A stretch of DNA of 64,000 nucleotides from Candidatus Humimicrobiaceae bacterium. Its GTDB lineage: Bacteria > Actinomycetota > Humimicrobiia > Humimicrobiales > Humimicrobiaceae. The notes below the pieces were generated by a model that worked only from the letters and a program-made list of their open reading frames with translations, was not told the DNA's origin and ran no database searches. Position numbers and translations under genes: made by a program. The stretch spans positions 122 through 64,121 of the forward strand of contig DATBWH010000051.1 of assembly GCA_036514895.1 (NCBI GenBank), in the 5' to 3' direction. Positions 1 to 10,314 of the stretch are shown piece by piece (within the stretch, counting starts at the first letter, position 1; each line of letters starts with the position of its first letter).

Positions 1-345
1 ACCATTATATGCAAATGTAAGAACCTCTTTCTTTGACTTTTCAAATATACCTGGTGAAAGTGTATACTCTATCATTGAAGTTATGTAATCAATAATATAA
101 TACCATTTCCATATTAGAAACTAATGACGCCTTGCAGTTTGAAAGGTATAAGTCTCTGGATAGGTTTGACTTATAAAGATAGAATTGTAATTCTTATCTT
201 TTAGTTTAAAATAAAAATAATAGTTTTATAATATTTGAATATATTATAAAAATATTCATTATTAAAAACTTTTTAAAAACATGAGTTTAATATGAGTAAT
301 ACGAAATTCTTAAATATATAAACATATTTATAAAAATATTATTTC

Positions 346-1155
346 ATGAATAGGAAAGTACAGAAGTATTATAATAGAAAAGCTTCTAAAGAATGGGAAA
401 GATTAGAGACTGCGTGGTCGAGGCTTGAGTTTGAAGCTACTAAGATGCTGATCAATAAATATTTTCCTAAGAAAGGTTCGATTTGTGATATTGGTAGTGG
501 TCCTGGCAGATATGCTATAGAGCTTATACGATCTGGATATAAAGTGACACTCATAGATATTTCAAAAAAATCTCTTGAACTTGCAAAAAATAAGATTAAT
601 AAACTCGGATTAAAAGCTGAGGAGTACTTATGTTTAAATGCCATAAATTTAGATATTCTAAAAAGTAATTACTATGACGCAGTCTTGCTTCTTGGTCCTC
701 TATATCACATAACAGAAAGAGCAGACAGGATAAAGGTTCTAAGAGATACTAAAAGAATATTAAAGAAAAATGGAGTAGCCATAATAGCTTATATAAATAG
801 CTGGGGAGTTTTAAAAGCCAGTCTCTCAGAATTTCCAGAAAGACTGAGTAGAAATAAATATCTTGAGCAGTTCTTAGAAGTAACCTCATTTGAAAAAGGA
901 ATTGAAGGTTTTACAGTAGCACATTTTTCCCTGCCGGAAGAGGCAATTTCAGAAGTAGAAAGTGTTGGGTTTAAAGTTATAAGTTATGCAGGTTGTGAAA
1001 GCTTTGCTGGAGGAATGAGTAAAACAATAAATGAAATAAAAGAGAAATTCCCAATATCATATAGCAATATACTGAAGCTTGCTATGGATACTTGTGAATG
1101 CAAGCAATTCAGAGATACTACTGAGCATATGCATATTATAGTTAAAAATAAATAA
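346..1155 (+). CDS. Class I SAM-dependent methyltransferase
   Basis: Glycine-rich SAM-binding motif DIGSGPGRYAIEL in a 269-aa ORF. The C-terminus has a CxC pair. Confidence 0.75.
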   Translation: MNRKVQKYYNRKASKEWERLETAWSRLEFEATKMLINKYFPKKGSICDIGSGPGRYAIELIRSGYKVTLIDISKKSLELAKNKINKLGLKAEEYLCLNAINLDILKSNYYDAVLLLGPLYHITERADRIKVLRDTKRILKKNGVAIIAYINSWGVLKASLSEFPERLSRNKYLEQFLEVTSFEKGIEGFTVAHFSLPEEAISEVESVGFKVISYAGCESFAGGMSKTINEIKEKFPISYSNILKLAMDTCECKQFRDTTEHMHIIVKNK

Positions 1156-1396
1156 GTTCTCTGCTAAAAATAATCATCATTGAATAAAATAACTTGAGAG
1201 ACAATTCTTTCTATTGATTAAACAAATTACTGACTATCTCATATATCTCGACCCTCAATAAAGTAACTTAAAAATTAATAATCTTAATAAATATGCAAGA
1301 AATAATTAATATAATTAATTTAATACTTGACATTGTTAATATATTCCCTTATATTTATTAAGATTTTTAATTTTTTATATTATTAAAGGTGATGTT

Positions 1397-1765
1397 ATGA
1401 CTAGAGACTGGAAAGATTTAACGGAAATAACACGGGGAGAATCGGTTGAGATTGAACGGGTAAGAATGAAACGAAGTGGAATTTCGATTGAAGGCAATTT
1501 CGAACTTCCTCCACTTGCTCAGCTTACTCTGGAAGATCAGATCTTTGTGACCGCTTTTGTAAGATGCTTTGGGTCCATCAAAGAAATGGAGGAACTTTTC
1601 GGAATCAGTTACCCCACAGTAAAAAACAGACTCAGCAGGATCGCTGAGAGACTTGAATTTGTAGAGATAAATCCTCCTGCTTCGGGTAGTGAGGTTCTTA
1701 ACCAGCTTGAAAAGGGAGAGATATCCGTAGATGAAGCTGTAAAAAAATTGGGAGGTGAGAAATGA
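1397..1765 (+). CDS. DUF2089-family protein (HTH-containing, putative regulator)
   Basis: The segment FELPPLAQLTLEDQIFVTAFVRCFGSIKEMEELFGISYPTVKNRLSRIAERL matches the conserved DUF2089 core. The stop codon overlaps the next ORF start (ATGA). Confidence 0.7.
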   Translation: MTRDWKDLTEITRGESVEIERVRMKRSGISIEGNFELPPLAQLTLEDQIFVTAFVRCFGSIKEMEELFGISYPTVKNRLSRIAERLEFVEINPPASGSEVLNQLEKGEISVDEAVKKLGGEK

Positions 1766-2037
1766 TTCCATTACTGCTGAGAATCCGTGTCAGGAAGGAA
1801 GACCGTAGAGGTGTCAACCTGTGGCTGCCGCTTTTTCTGCTCTGGTTGATCGTCCTGCCGCTTCTGGTTGCACTTCTACCTCTGGTACTGCTGGCAGCGC
1901 TTATACTCTGGCCATCCGGAAAAGGTAAACTTATCCTGTATGGTTACGTTATGATCTTCAGACTGATCGGATACATGTCCGGGTTAAAAATAGATATAAA
2001 GTCCAGGGACAATAATATTTACGTTAATTTAATATAA
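1762..2037 (+). CDS. Small hydrophobic membrane protein (2 TM predicted by eye)
   Basis: The start overlaps the upstream stop by 4 nt. The protein is Leu-rich and hydrophobic (LWLPLFLLWLIVLPLLVALLPLVLLAALILW). The stretch is locally more GC-rich than its surroundings. Confidence 0.45.
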   Translation: MIPLLLRIRVRKEDRRGVNLWLPLFLLWLIVLPLLVALLPLVLLAALILWPSGKGKLILYGYVMIFRLIGYMSGLKIDIKSRDNNIYVNLI

Positions 2038-2052
2038 TAAAAGGAGAGAAAA

Positions 2053-2469
2053 ATGAACGAAGAGAGAAAAAGAATTCTTGAGATGCTCGCAGAAGGAAAA
2101 ATAAACACTGATGAGGCTGAAAGACTTTTATCAGCATTATCGAACGAAACCGAAAAAGGTTCGGATATTACTGAAAAAGTATCAGGTCATAAATACCTCA
2201 GAGTGGTTGTCGAGCCGGGACCGGAAAGTAACAGTCCTGAAAGGGTAAATATCAGGGTACCGTTAAAATTGATAAGGGCAGGCTTGAAATTAGCATCCTT
2301 TATCCCTAAAGATGCCCAGGTTAAAGTCAATGAAGCCTTACATGAAAAAGGAATCGATACGGATTTTTCTAAAATCAAACCCGAGGACCTCGAAGACCTA
2401 ATTGGGCAACTTGACAATCTCACAGTTGATGTTGAAGGCAAAGAGAAAATCAGAGTATTCTGCGAATAA
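2053..2469 (+). CDS. YvlB/LiaG-N-terminal-like protein (SHOCT-like helix, ILEMLAEGKINTDEAERLL)
   Basis: The N-terminal motif resembles the conserved start of Bacillus YvlB/DUF4097 proteins. The C-terminal part is short, with no beta-helix-sized domain. A good RBS (aaaggagag) sits upstream. Confidence 0.55.
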   Translation: MNEERKRILEMLAEGKINTDEAERLLSALSNETEKGSDITEKVSGHKYLRVVVEPGPESNSPERVNIRVPLKLIRAGLKLASFIPKDAQVKVNEALHEKGIDTDFSKIKPEDLEDLIGQLDNLTVDVEGKEKIRVFCE

Positions 2470-2565
2470 ACGGAGGTATTGAAAGACACACTGTAATATC
2501 GCTTAAGGGCTACTTATTTATATATTTCTTATATAAACCTGAGTAGCCCTTTAATATTACCGGTA

Positions 2566-3498
2566 TTACATGTTCATTAATGCCAGTTTAACAGCTCCCT
2601 CTACAGGTTTTTTAATGAGGGGTAAAAAGTTAATTTTGGGGAAATTCTCTTTTAATTTTTTGATTAGAATATTCTTGAAATATTTTTCACATTTAAACAG
2701 GCTGCCGACAAAGACGAGATCGAATTTTTTGTCCGTTAAATCGAGTTTCTTTACTACTACTTTTATTGAATCCATTACTTCCTTTACTTCTTCTTCCAGT
2801 ATTCTTATGCTGACAGCATCCGATTTTTCAGCAGTGTCGCAAACTACTTTGGCAAGTGCTGCGACTTTGTCTTTTCTGGTTCCTGCATCGTATGCCCATT
2901 CTATAAATTCCGGTATATCTTTAAGTTCCAGCTCATTCAGTATCGCTTTGGTCAGGAGGGTGGCATCACCTCTCCCGTCATATGCTTTCATTATCGCTCT
3001 AAGCGCTTTTCTTCCGATCTCGTATCCGCTTCCCTCATCGCTCAGTATATAGTCCCATCCATTAGCTTTAGCTTCTTTGCCGTGTTCATTTACACCGAAA
3101 CAATTTGAACCGGCACCACAGATTATTATTATCCCGTTTTTATTGTCGCTGCCTGCTGCGAGCCCTATCCTGGTATCATTATATATAAAAGTTTTCGAAG
3201 GATTGAAATAACATTTGATCTCATTATTTAAGATTATATTCTTAAAATTATTCTTATCTTTAGTTGTATTATTTCCGGCCATTCCAAAGCAGGCGCTCTT
3301 GAAAGTTACATCTGAATTATTCAATTTATCTATAGCTTCGAGAATTGCTTTGTTGATATTGTCTTTTGCCAGTTCGGGTCCAATGCTTTTGTAATTACTT
3401 GATCCTGCTTTGGTTTCTATTATTGCTTTTCCTGACAGATCGGCAATTCTTACAAGCGTCTTAAACGCTCCTCCGTCAACTCCCAGGATATAATCCAT
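2566..3498 (-). CDS. BadF/BadG/BcrA/BcrD-type ATPase (N-acetylglucosamine kinase-like)
   Basis: The N-terminal ILGVDGGAFKT phosphate-1 motif, followed by GAGSNCFG and DEGSGYEIG motifs, is typical of this ASKHA-fold kinase family. Confidence 0.75.
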   Translation of the reverse strand: MDYILGVDGGAFKTLVRIADLSGKAIIETKAGSSNYKSIGPELAKDNINKAILEAIDKLNNSDVTFKSACFGMAGNNTTKDKNNFKNIILNNEIKCYFNPSKTFIYNDTRIGLAAGSDNKNGIIIICGAGSNCFGVNEHGKEAKANGWDYILSDEGSGYEIGRKALRAIMKAYDGRGDATLLTKAILNELELKDIPEFIEWAYDAGTRKDKVAALAKVVCDTAEKSDAVSIRILEEEVKEVMDSIKVVVKKLDLTDKKFDLVFVGSLFKCEKYFKNILIKKLKENFPKINFLPLIKKPVEGAVKLALMNM

Positions 3499-3620
3499 TT
3501 GTTTTCCCTTCCTTATCTGTTTTAAATGACATTGATTTTTTTCGATTCGTTGATTTTTAAACTTTTGATTATTTTATCATAAATAGCAGGTTCATTTAAT
3601 AAATAATGATTATTCGTAGA

Positions 3621-4712
3621 TTATTTTTTATTAATATAACCTGCTACCATATCTCCTACTTCCGTGGTACTGTAGCCCATTTTTCCTGCACTAAGACTTT
3701 TTAATTGGGTACAGGCATATGCTACGGCTTCCTCTATGGATTTTGCCGCTTCCTTTTCTCCCAGATGATTGAGCATCATTCTTCCGGCTTCTATAGCAGC
3801 CAGTGGATTTATTACATTCATGCCCGTATATTTTGGAGCGGAACCTCCTATGGGTTCGAACATGGAAGTCCCGTATGGATTTATATTTCCCCCTGCTGCG
3901 ATTCCCATACCTCCCTGGACCATTGCTCCCAGATCGGTGATTATGTCCCCAAACATATTGGTTGTGACCATGACATCATACCATTCCGGATTTTTTACGG
4001 TCCACATACAGGCAGCATCGATATGATTATAATCGGTCCGGATATCCGGATAATCTCTGGCCATTTCCATAAACGCTCTATACCAGAGATCACCGACATA
4101 AACAAGCACGTTTGTTTTATTGACCAGGGTGAGTTTTCCCGGTTTTCCCTCTTCTTTTCTTGCCCTGGCAAGATCAAAGGCATACTTAAGGCATCTGTCG
4201 ACCATCTGTCTGTCATAAACCATCACCTGGGTCGCAACTTCGTAAGGTGTTCCTTTTCTAGTTACCCCGCCCTGACCGGCATACATATCACCGGTATTTT
4301 CCCTTACGACTATAAAATCTATATCTTCCGGTTTTTTATCCTTTAATGGACAATCGACTCCAGGGTATAGTTTTACCGGTCTCAGATTTATATACTGGTC
4401 CAGCACAAATCTTAATTTAAGTAAAATGCCCACCTCTAAAACTCCCGGCGGCACATCAGGATGTCCTATAGCACCGAGATATATAGATTTGAATCTTTTC
4501 AGCTCTTCTGCAGCAGAATCCGGAAGTGTCTCCCCCGTTTTTAAGTACCTATCTCCTCCGAAATCATAATCGTGAAATTCAAAACTTATACCATGCTTTT
4601 TACCTGCAGCTTCAAGAACCTTTTTACCCTCCGCTATAACTTCCGGACCTGTACCGTCACCAGGTATAACTGCAATTTCATAATGGTTTGATTTAGCCAT
4701 ATTATTCCTCAT
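3621..4712 (-). CDS. Tartrate dehydrogenase/decarboxylase / D-malate dehydrogenase family (isocitrate/isopropylmalate DH superfamily)
   Basis: Motifs [38 protein letters not shown] and [12 protein letters not shown] agree closely with the TtuC/YeaU family. Confidence 0.85.
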   Translation of the reverse strand: MRNNMAKSNHYEIAVIPGDGTGPEVIAEGKKVLEAAGKKHGISFEFHDYDFGGDRYLKTGETLPDSAAEELKRFKSIYLGAIGHPDVPPGVLEVGILLKLRFVLDQYINLRPVKLYPGVDCPLKDKKPEDIDFIVVRENTGDMYAGQGGVTRKGTPYEVATQVMVYDRQMVDRCLKYAFDLARARKEEGKPGKLTLVNKTNVLVYVGDLWYRAFMEMARDYPDIRTDYNHIDAACMWTVKNPEWYDVMVTTNMFGDIITDLGAMVQGGMGIAAGGNINPYGTSMFEPIGGSAPKYTGMNVINPLAAIEAGRMMLNHLGEKEAAKSIEEAVAYACTQLKSLSAGKMGYSTTEVGDMVAGYINKK

Positions 4713-4890
4713 CTAACTAATACTTAATCAATTATTGCTATATTATATATAAAAAATCATATATTTCACCATAAATCTTAAATTATTGGACCAAAAACCG
4801 CATTCTTGCCTGCATTCTTGCCTGTAAAGTCATGATTGTCTTTTTTGTATCCGCAGATAGAGTATTATCTTGAAGAATTCCCGTTGATGT

Positions 4891-5301
4891 TTAAAATAGT
4901 GCCAGGAAATGGGGTATAAATATTATCAGTCCGCCAATAAACGCAATCAAGGATGAGATCAATACTGCTCCTGCTGTAATATCTTTTATATGTTTTACAT
5001 GTATCCTGTATTCTTCGATCATCAGATCTATTATTGATTCCAAAGCTGTATTTATCATTTCCATGGAAAGTACCATACCGCTTATCAGAATAATAAATAA
5101 CCACTCGGTATTGGATATATGGAATATAAAACCTGCTATCACAGTCAAAACAAGTATCAAAAGTTGTATCCTGAAACTTCTCTGGGTAAGGGCCACTCTT
5201 GCAAAACCTCTTGCCGAATATTCGAATGATTTAAACAGGGAGTGCTTTCCATGAATCATTTGTTTTTCTAAGAAATGTTTGTTTTCCTTTCTAGACTCCA
5301 T
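4891..5301 (-). CDS. dgkA: Prokaryotic diacylglycerol kinase (DgkA family)
   Basis: A 136-aa three-TM protein with a conserved SMEMINTALESIID-like segment, 7 nt downstream of the preceding membrane-protein gene. Confidence 0.7.
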   Translation of the reverse strand: MESRKENKHFLEKQMIHGKHSLFKSFEYSARGFARVALTQRSFRIQLLILVLTVIAGFIFHISNTEWLFIILISGMVLSMEMINTALESIIDLMIEEYRIHVKHIKDITAGAVLISSLIAFIGGLIIFIPHFLALF

Positions 5302-5307
5302 AAATTA

Positions 5308-6561
5308 TTAATGCCCCTCGGTAAGTGCCTTTATAAATATTGCCATATAGCAGAATGCAATAGGCGGAAAACTGACAATAGTAAATATCAGACCTCTTGA
5401 CATACGTTTATTTTCCCTTGATTCTATGATATTAAAGACCAGACTTAAAAGGAACAAAATACCTGATGCTATCATTAGTAGTCCGAAAAATCCCATAGCA
5501 ATATAGCTTTCCCAGCCCAAACCTATCTCGACACTCAGGAGAATCGTGAGCAGCCAGAATACAAGAGTCAGATAACCGCCTATCAAGACGGCCAGCCCTA
5601 AATTTTTGTTTCTTTTGGATAAGTCTATATTACCTTCCCTGGAAACCAGGTCCGGACCTTTTTTATTGAAATATAAAGTACTTGCTGAAAACAGCAGCAA
5701 AACCAGAAATATATAAAAAGGAAACCAGATTTCGTTGAAAAAATTAAGAGAACTTACAAAATATTGAGCAATAAAGATCAGTGCCATTATAATTACAGAC
5801 GCTACAAGAGTAACAAGACTTGCCCTTGTTATATCCTGGTACTGCTTTTCATCATACCATTCGGTTATCCTTTCGTTTAGTTTGATTACCAGCCAGTATA
5901 AAACTATCAGGACATACGGAATTACAGCTACGAGACTTATTACGACAACACCTGCATCTATAGCCCATGACGGTAATGGATATACCGTCAAGGATAAGAC
6001 AGAAAAAATTGTAATCAGAATCAAACCTGAAATTCCACTCAATATTCCTATATATTGTGCATTGATAAATATAGAATCGTCTTTCAAGACAACCTCTTCG
6101 CTCTTTTTCAAAATCGACTTTCTGGTTAATATAAGGAGGACAATCATGAGAATATAAAAAACAAAATGAAGCGCCTGACTGACAAAAAGAATGTTAAACT
6201 CACCCGGTAATCCAAATATATATTCTTTCGAGATGTCGCTCGCAAGCGCGAAGTCTCCAAGCAGCATCAGCAGAGAAACGGTACCGGTAAAAAATAGAAA
6301 GGCACGAAGGAAATTTTCTCTTTTAAAAAAGTTTAACTGCAGTATCAGAGTAAACATGGCAGACAAATGAAATAAAACGAAAATACAGTATACTAAGGCA
6401 ACCGGAATCGAAAACTTATTCATAAAACTTTCGACGTTTCCCATATTGACTATTTTATCCCTGAGCATTAAAAAGAAAGTGTTTGTGAATATAAGGCCTG
6501 CAATCGAAATCAAACATAAAATCAATGTGGTGGTATTGCTTATTTTTAATAGTCGTTTCAT
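5308..6561 (-). CDS. Polytopic integral membrane protein of unknown function
   Basis: A 417-aa ORF with about 10-12 hydrophobic segments. It lies immediately downstream of an XRE HTH regulator. Confidence 0.6.
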   Translation of the reverse strand: MKRLLKISNTTTLILCLISIAGLIFTNTFFLMLRDKIVNMGNVESFMNKFSIPVALVYCIFVLFHLSAMFTLILQLNFFKRENFLRAFLFFTGTVSLLMLLGDFALASDISKEYIFGLPGEFNILFVSQALHFVFYILMIVLLILTRKSILKKSEEVVLKDDSIFINAQYIGILSGISGLILITIFSVLSLTVYPLPSWAIDAGVVVISLVAVIPYVLIVLYWLVIKLNERITEWYDEKQYQDITRASLVTLVASVIIMALIFIAQYFVSSLNFFNEIWFPFYIFLVLLLFSASTLYFNKKGPDLVSREGNIDLSKRNKNLGLAVLIGGYLTLVFWLLTILLSVEIGLGWESYIAMGFFGLLMIASGILFLLSLVFNIIESRENKRMSRGLIFTIVSFPPIAFCYMAIFIKALTEGH

Positions 6562-6579
6562 TTTTTTTACACTCCTTTA

Positions 6580-6801
6580 TTACTCCTCTTCAAGGTAAAA
6601 TATTTCATCAACAGGTTTTTTAAAAAATCTGGCTATTTTCAATGCCAGTAGAACAGATGGATTGAATTTTCCCTTTTCAATTGAGTGAATGGTAAGGCGG
6701 GTAACACCAACAGCGTTTGCCAGTTCCTGCTGGGAAATCTCATGATGCTCAAACCGGCATCTCCTCAAATCGTTTTTAAGTTTTAGATTTTTTCTTTCCA
6801 C
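6580..6801 (-). CDS. XRE/Cro-C1 family helix-turn-helix transcriptional regulator
   Basis: A 73-aa protein with the canonical HTH QQELANAVGVTRLTIHSIEKG. Confidence 0.8.
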   Translation of the reverse strand: MERKNLKLKNDLRRCRFEHHEISQQELANAVGVTRLTIHSIEKGKFNPSVLLALKIARFFKKPVDEIFYLEEE

Positions 6802-7055
6802 TTTATTATATAAATAATAATTAACTAAATGAATAGTTTTATGAACTAAATATATATAATAATATACATGTTGTCAATAGTTTTTTATATTTTGTTTAAT
6901 TCATGATAGCTTTAAACCATCAGGCTGATTTATGACATTGAGAATCGACCATTTTTTACTTAAAATATTTTTAGAATATCTTAGAAAAAATTTAAACTAC
7001 TTGAATCCTTAATTTATGGATAAGTAATAAAATCAATTTTATTGAAAGGAAAATC

Positions 7056-7622
7056 ATGAAAAAATCACTTGGGCCGAAGACCATTCTTTACCCTACCCCT
7101 GTTCTTATAATAGGAACCTACGATGATCATGAAAAACCAAATCTGGCAGCTGTTGCATGGGGAGGGATCTGCTGTTCCGTTCCTCCCTGTGTTGCTATTT
7201 CAATGCGAAAGGCCACTTATACGCATGGCAACATAATGCAGAGGAAAGCTTTTACTATAAACATACTTTCCGAGAATATGGTAAAGAAAGCCGATTATTA
7301 TGGCATCGTGTCCGGAAGAAATAAAGATAAATTTACACAAACAAGTATTACCCCGCAAAAAAGCGATTTGGTAGATGCTCCTTATGGCATGGAATTCCCC
7401 CTGGTTCTCGAATGTAACTTATTAAAGGTAATTGAGATAGGACTTCATACACAGTTTATCGGAGAGATTATGGATATAAAAGCGGAAGAATCAATACTCG
7501 ATTCATCCGGTTTTCCGGATATCGATAAATTAAGACCATTCTTTTTTGATCCGGCCAAAAGAGAATACCTTGGAACTGGTAAAAAACTGGGAAAAGGATT
7601 TTCAATTGGTAAAGATATCTAA
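7056..7622 (+). CDS. Flavin reductase-like (FMN-binding split-barrel) domain protein
   Basis: ILYPTPVLIIGTYDDHEKPNLAAVAWGGICCSVPP is typical of the flavin reductase-like domain. Confidence 0.75.
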   Translation: MKKSLGPKTILYPTPVLIIGTYDDHEKPNLAAVAWGGICCSVPPCVAISMRKATYTHGNIMQRKAFTINILSENMVKKADYYGIVSGRNKDKFTQTSITPQKSDLVDAPYGMEFPLVLECNLLKVIEIGLHTQFIGEIMDIKAEESILDSSGFPDIDKLRPFFFDPAKREYLGTGKKLGKGFSIGKDI

Positions 7623-7738
7623 TCGAAGTCTATTCTAAGTATTTTGCAACTTTAATTCAAAAATACCGTTTATAATATCAAAGCAATTACTTACCAAAAG
7701 CACCTGCTAGAAAACCTGTTTGCTTTACATTAATTATG

Positions 7739-7753
7739 CATTCTGTCAGAATG
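7739..7753. promoter_or_regulatory. 7-1-7 inverted repeat CATTCTG-T-CAGAATG upstream of the B12-radical SAM gene
   Basis: A perfect 7-bp inverted repeat seen directly in the sequence, about 60 bp upstream of the ORF start. Confidence 0.3.
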
Positions 7754-7809
7754 ACTGAAACCTAAAGTGGGAACATACTGAAAATTAGAAAGAAAAGAGA
7801 AAACTTATA

Positions 7810-9282
7810 ATGAAAATTTTACTTGTTTATCCGGATTATGAAGAAACATTCTGGAGCTTTAAGAAAGTTTTAAAAATATTAGGTAAAAAAGCTGCTTACC
7901 CTCCTCTGGGTTTATTAACTGTTGGTGCCATGCTTCCCGATAGCTGGGAGAAAAAACTGGTTGATATGAATACGGATATTTTAAAAGATGAATATATCAA
8001 ATGGGCGGACTACATTTTTATAAGCGCGATGATCGTACAAAAAGAATCGACCAGGAGAGTAATAAATAAGATTAAGAAATTCAAAAAACCTATCGTTGGC
8101 GGCGGACCCCTCTTTACTACCGGTTGGGAAGAATTTACTGATGTGGATCATATCTTTTTAGGGGAAATAGAAAATACCTTTTCGGAATTTGTCGGGGATT
8201 TAGAAAAAGGTACTCTTAAGAAAATTTACTCCGGTAACGAATTCCCCGATATTAAAAAAATTGCTATTCCGGACTGGAATTCTATTAAGACTAAAAATTA
8301 TAATTCATTGTGTATTCAACTCTCCCGGGGCTGTCCTTTTAACTGCGAATTCTGTGACGTGGTGCAATTGAATGGAAGAATTCCCCGGTTTAAAAGCAAG
8401 GAACAATTGACCGATGAACTGGAAGCTCTTTATAAAAGAGGATGGCGTGCCGGTGTATTCTTTGTAGATGATAATTTTATTGGAAACAAAGCTATGCTTA
8501 AAAAAGAATATCTGCCTCTGATTATAGAATGGCAGAAAAATAAAAAATATCCTTTCAGTTTCAACACTCAGGTTTCGATTAACCTCGCTGATGATAATGA
8601 TCTCATGGAATTAATGGTACAGGCGGGCTTTACAGCCGTATTTATAGGAATCGAGACACCCGACGCAGGCGGTCTGGAAGAATGCGGCAAGCTTCAAAAT
8701 AAAAATAGAAACCTGATAGAATCGGTAAAATTAATTCAAAATGCCGGTATGGAAGTTCAGGGCGGATTTATAGTAGGTTTCGATAGTGACAAAATATCGA
8801 TTTTCCAGCGTCAGATCGAATTCATCCAGAAAAGCGGAATAGTAACCGCTATGGTCGGTCTGCTTACCGCGCTGCCAAAAACCAGATTATATCAGAGGTT
8901 AAAAGAGACAAAACGATTGGTTAAAAGAACATCAGGCAATAATACTAGAATCGCAGGTTTGAATTTCACTCCCAGAATGGATAAAAATGTTCTTATAAAC
9001 GGCCATAAGAAAGTATTATCTACTATTTATACTCCAAAGGCTTATTATGAGAGAGTCAAGACTTTTCTCAAAGAATACAGGCCGGCCAAAAGAAAGACAA
9101 AAAAAATTCGCATCTATCACATAAGGGCACTTATTGGCTCGATCTGGTGGCTTGGCATTAAACAAAAAGGAAGACCCTACTACTGGAAATTGATTTTATG
9201 GAGTCTTTTCAGGCGGCCTTCTCTTTTCCCTTATGCAATTGGTTTCTCCCTGACCGGAATCCATTTCAGGGCAATATCGTAG
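7810..9282 (+). CDS. B12-binding domain radical SAM protein (class B rSAM, DUF4070-type C-terminus)
   Basis: The N-terminal region is cobalamin-binding-like (MKILLVYPDY...PPLGLLTVGAML). The CxxxCxxC radical SAM motif is present as SRGCPFNCEFCDV. Confidence 0.85.
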   Translation: MKILLVYPDYEETFWSFKKVLKILGKKAAYPPLGLLTVGAMLPDSWEKKLVDMNTDILKDEYIKWADYIFISAMIVQKESTRRVINKIKKFKKPIVGGGPLFTTGWEEFTDVDHIFLGEIENTFSEFVGDLEKGTLKKIYSGNEFPDIKKIAIPDWNSIKTKNYNSLCIQLSRGCPFNCEFCDVVQLNGRIPRFKSKEQLTDELEALYKRGWRAGVFFVDDNFIGNKAMLKKEYLPLIIEWQKNKKYPFSFNTQVSINLADDNDLMELMVQAGFTAVFIGIETPDAGGLEECGKLQNKNRNLIESVKLIQNAGMEVQGGFIVGFDSDKISIFQRQIEFIQKSGIVTAMVGLLTALPKTRLYQRLKETKRLVKRTSGNNTRIAGLNFTPRMDKNVLINGHKKVLSTIYTPKAYYERVKTFLKEYRPAKRKTKKIRIYHIRALIGSIWWLGIKQKGRPYYWKLILWSLFRRPSLFPYAIGFSLTGIHFRAIS

Positions 9283-9860
9283 ATTGATTTAGTAATCCAT
9301 TATTTACCAGAATATTGTTCAGAAGATAGAAAACCGACTTCTAAAAAATAAATATTTATTTAAATTATAAAATTTATTAGAATATTAATACTGATATGTT
9401 ATAATTAGCATATAAAATAGTAATTTAATACTATAACAGCATAATTAGTAGACGATACCGCAGATATTATAGTACAAAATGTAATAATTTCGTAACCTTT
9501 AATTAACCAGAATTAGTATGTATAACAGGAACAAAAAAAAACTTAAAGGTTAAAATGAGAAAAAGATTTTTTAATGCCAGTATATTCAAAAAAATATTCA
9601 GAACACTTTTAATGTTTAGCAGACGTATAGGTTTCAATTCTACTATCAGGTGGTAAAAAGTCATAGCTGCATAAAGAATTCCTTCTATAAGACCCCCAGC
9701 ACCTGTATCATATAACAATAATGTCTTGTTTCCGATTATTGTATGATCTAAAATCTTTCACATATATACTTTATATTAATCCCATATCCTATTGTTCATA
9801 TATATTTTATTTTATGGTATTTTATTACGGTATTAATATAACGATTTTTTTCTTTAAAAA

Positions 9861-10223
9861 ATGGAAAGAGATAGATTCGAAGAAATAATAACAAATACTT
9901 TGCAGAGTATCCCCGATAAATTCAAGGATAAAATAGAAAATTTAAGTATTGTAATCGAGGATGGAGATATGGACCCAGCTCTAAAAAATAAAAAAGATAC
10001 ACGAAACAGGTACACGCTCGGTCTTTACCAGGGAGTCCCTGCTACATTAAAATCAGGGAGATCAAATATTTTACCCGATAAAATAACCATTTACAAAAAA
10101 ACACTGGAAGATGTAAGCCGCAATGATGAAGAGCTGGAAAAAAATATCAGAAGAGTAATCCTACATGAATTGGGCCACTACTTCGGTCTCGATGAAAATA
10201 AACTAAAGAAATTAGGTTATTAA
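9861..10223 (+). CDS. Zincin-like small metallopeptidase family protein (HExxH)
   Basis: A 120-aa protein ending in the HELGHYFGLDE zinc-binding motif, typical of the small 'Zincin_1' family. Confidence 0.65.
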   Translation: MERDRFEEIITNTLQSIPDKFKDKIENLSIVIEDGDMDPALKNKKDTRNRYTLGLYQGVPATLKSGRSNILPDKITIYKKTLEDVSRNDEELEKNIRRVILHELGHYFGLDENKLKKLGY

Positions 10224-10314
10224 TGCTTTAGGTCTTATAAAGCATAATTTCATTTGTGTTATCCAACTATTCAATCTTTTATCTTTACTCGCTATCTAAT
10301 CTGTATATAAAAAC

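Noticed and set aside
3705-4346. Several plus-strand ORFs (213, 85 aa) and a 73-aa minus-strand ORF inside the tartrate-dehydrogenase-like gene.
   Set aside because: They overlap a strongly supported CDS on the other strand or in another frame, and no motifs were recognised.
9503-9718. A 71-aa minus-strand ORF in an AT-rich intergenic region.
   Set aside because: There is no RBS or motif. The region looks like a promoter or spacer between the B12-rSAM and zincin genes.
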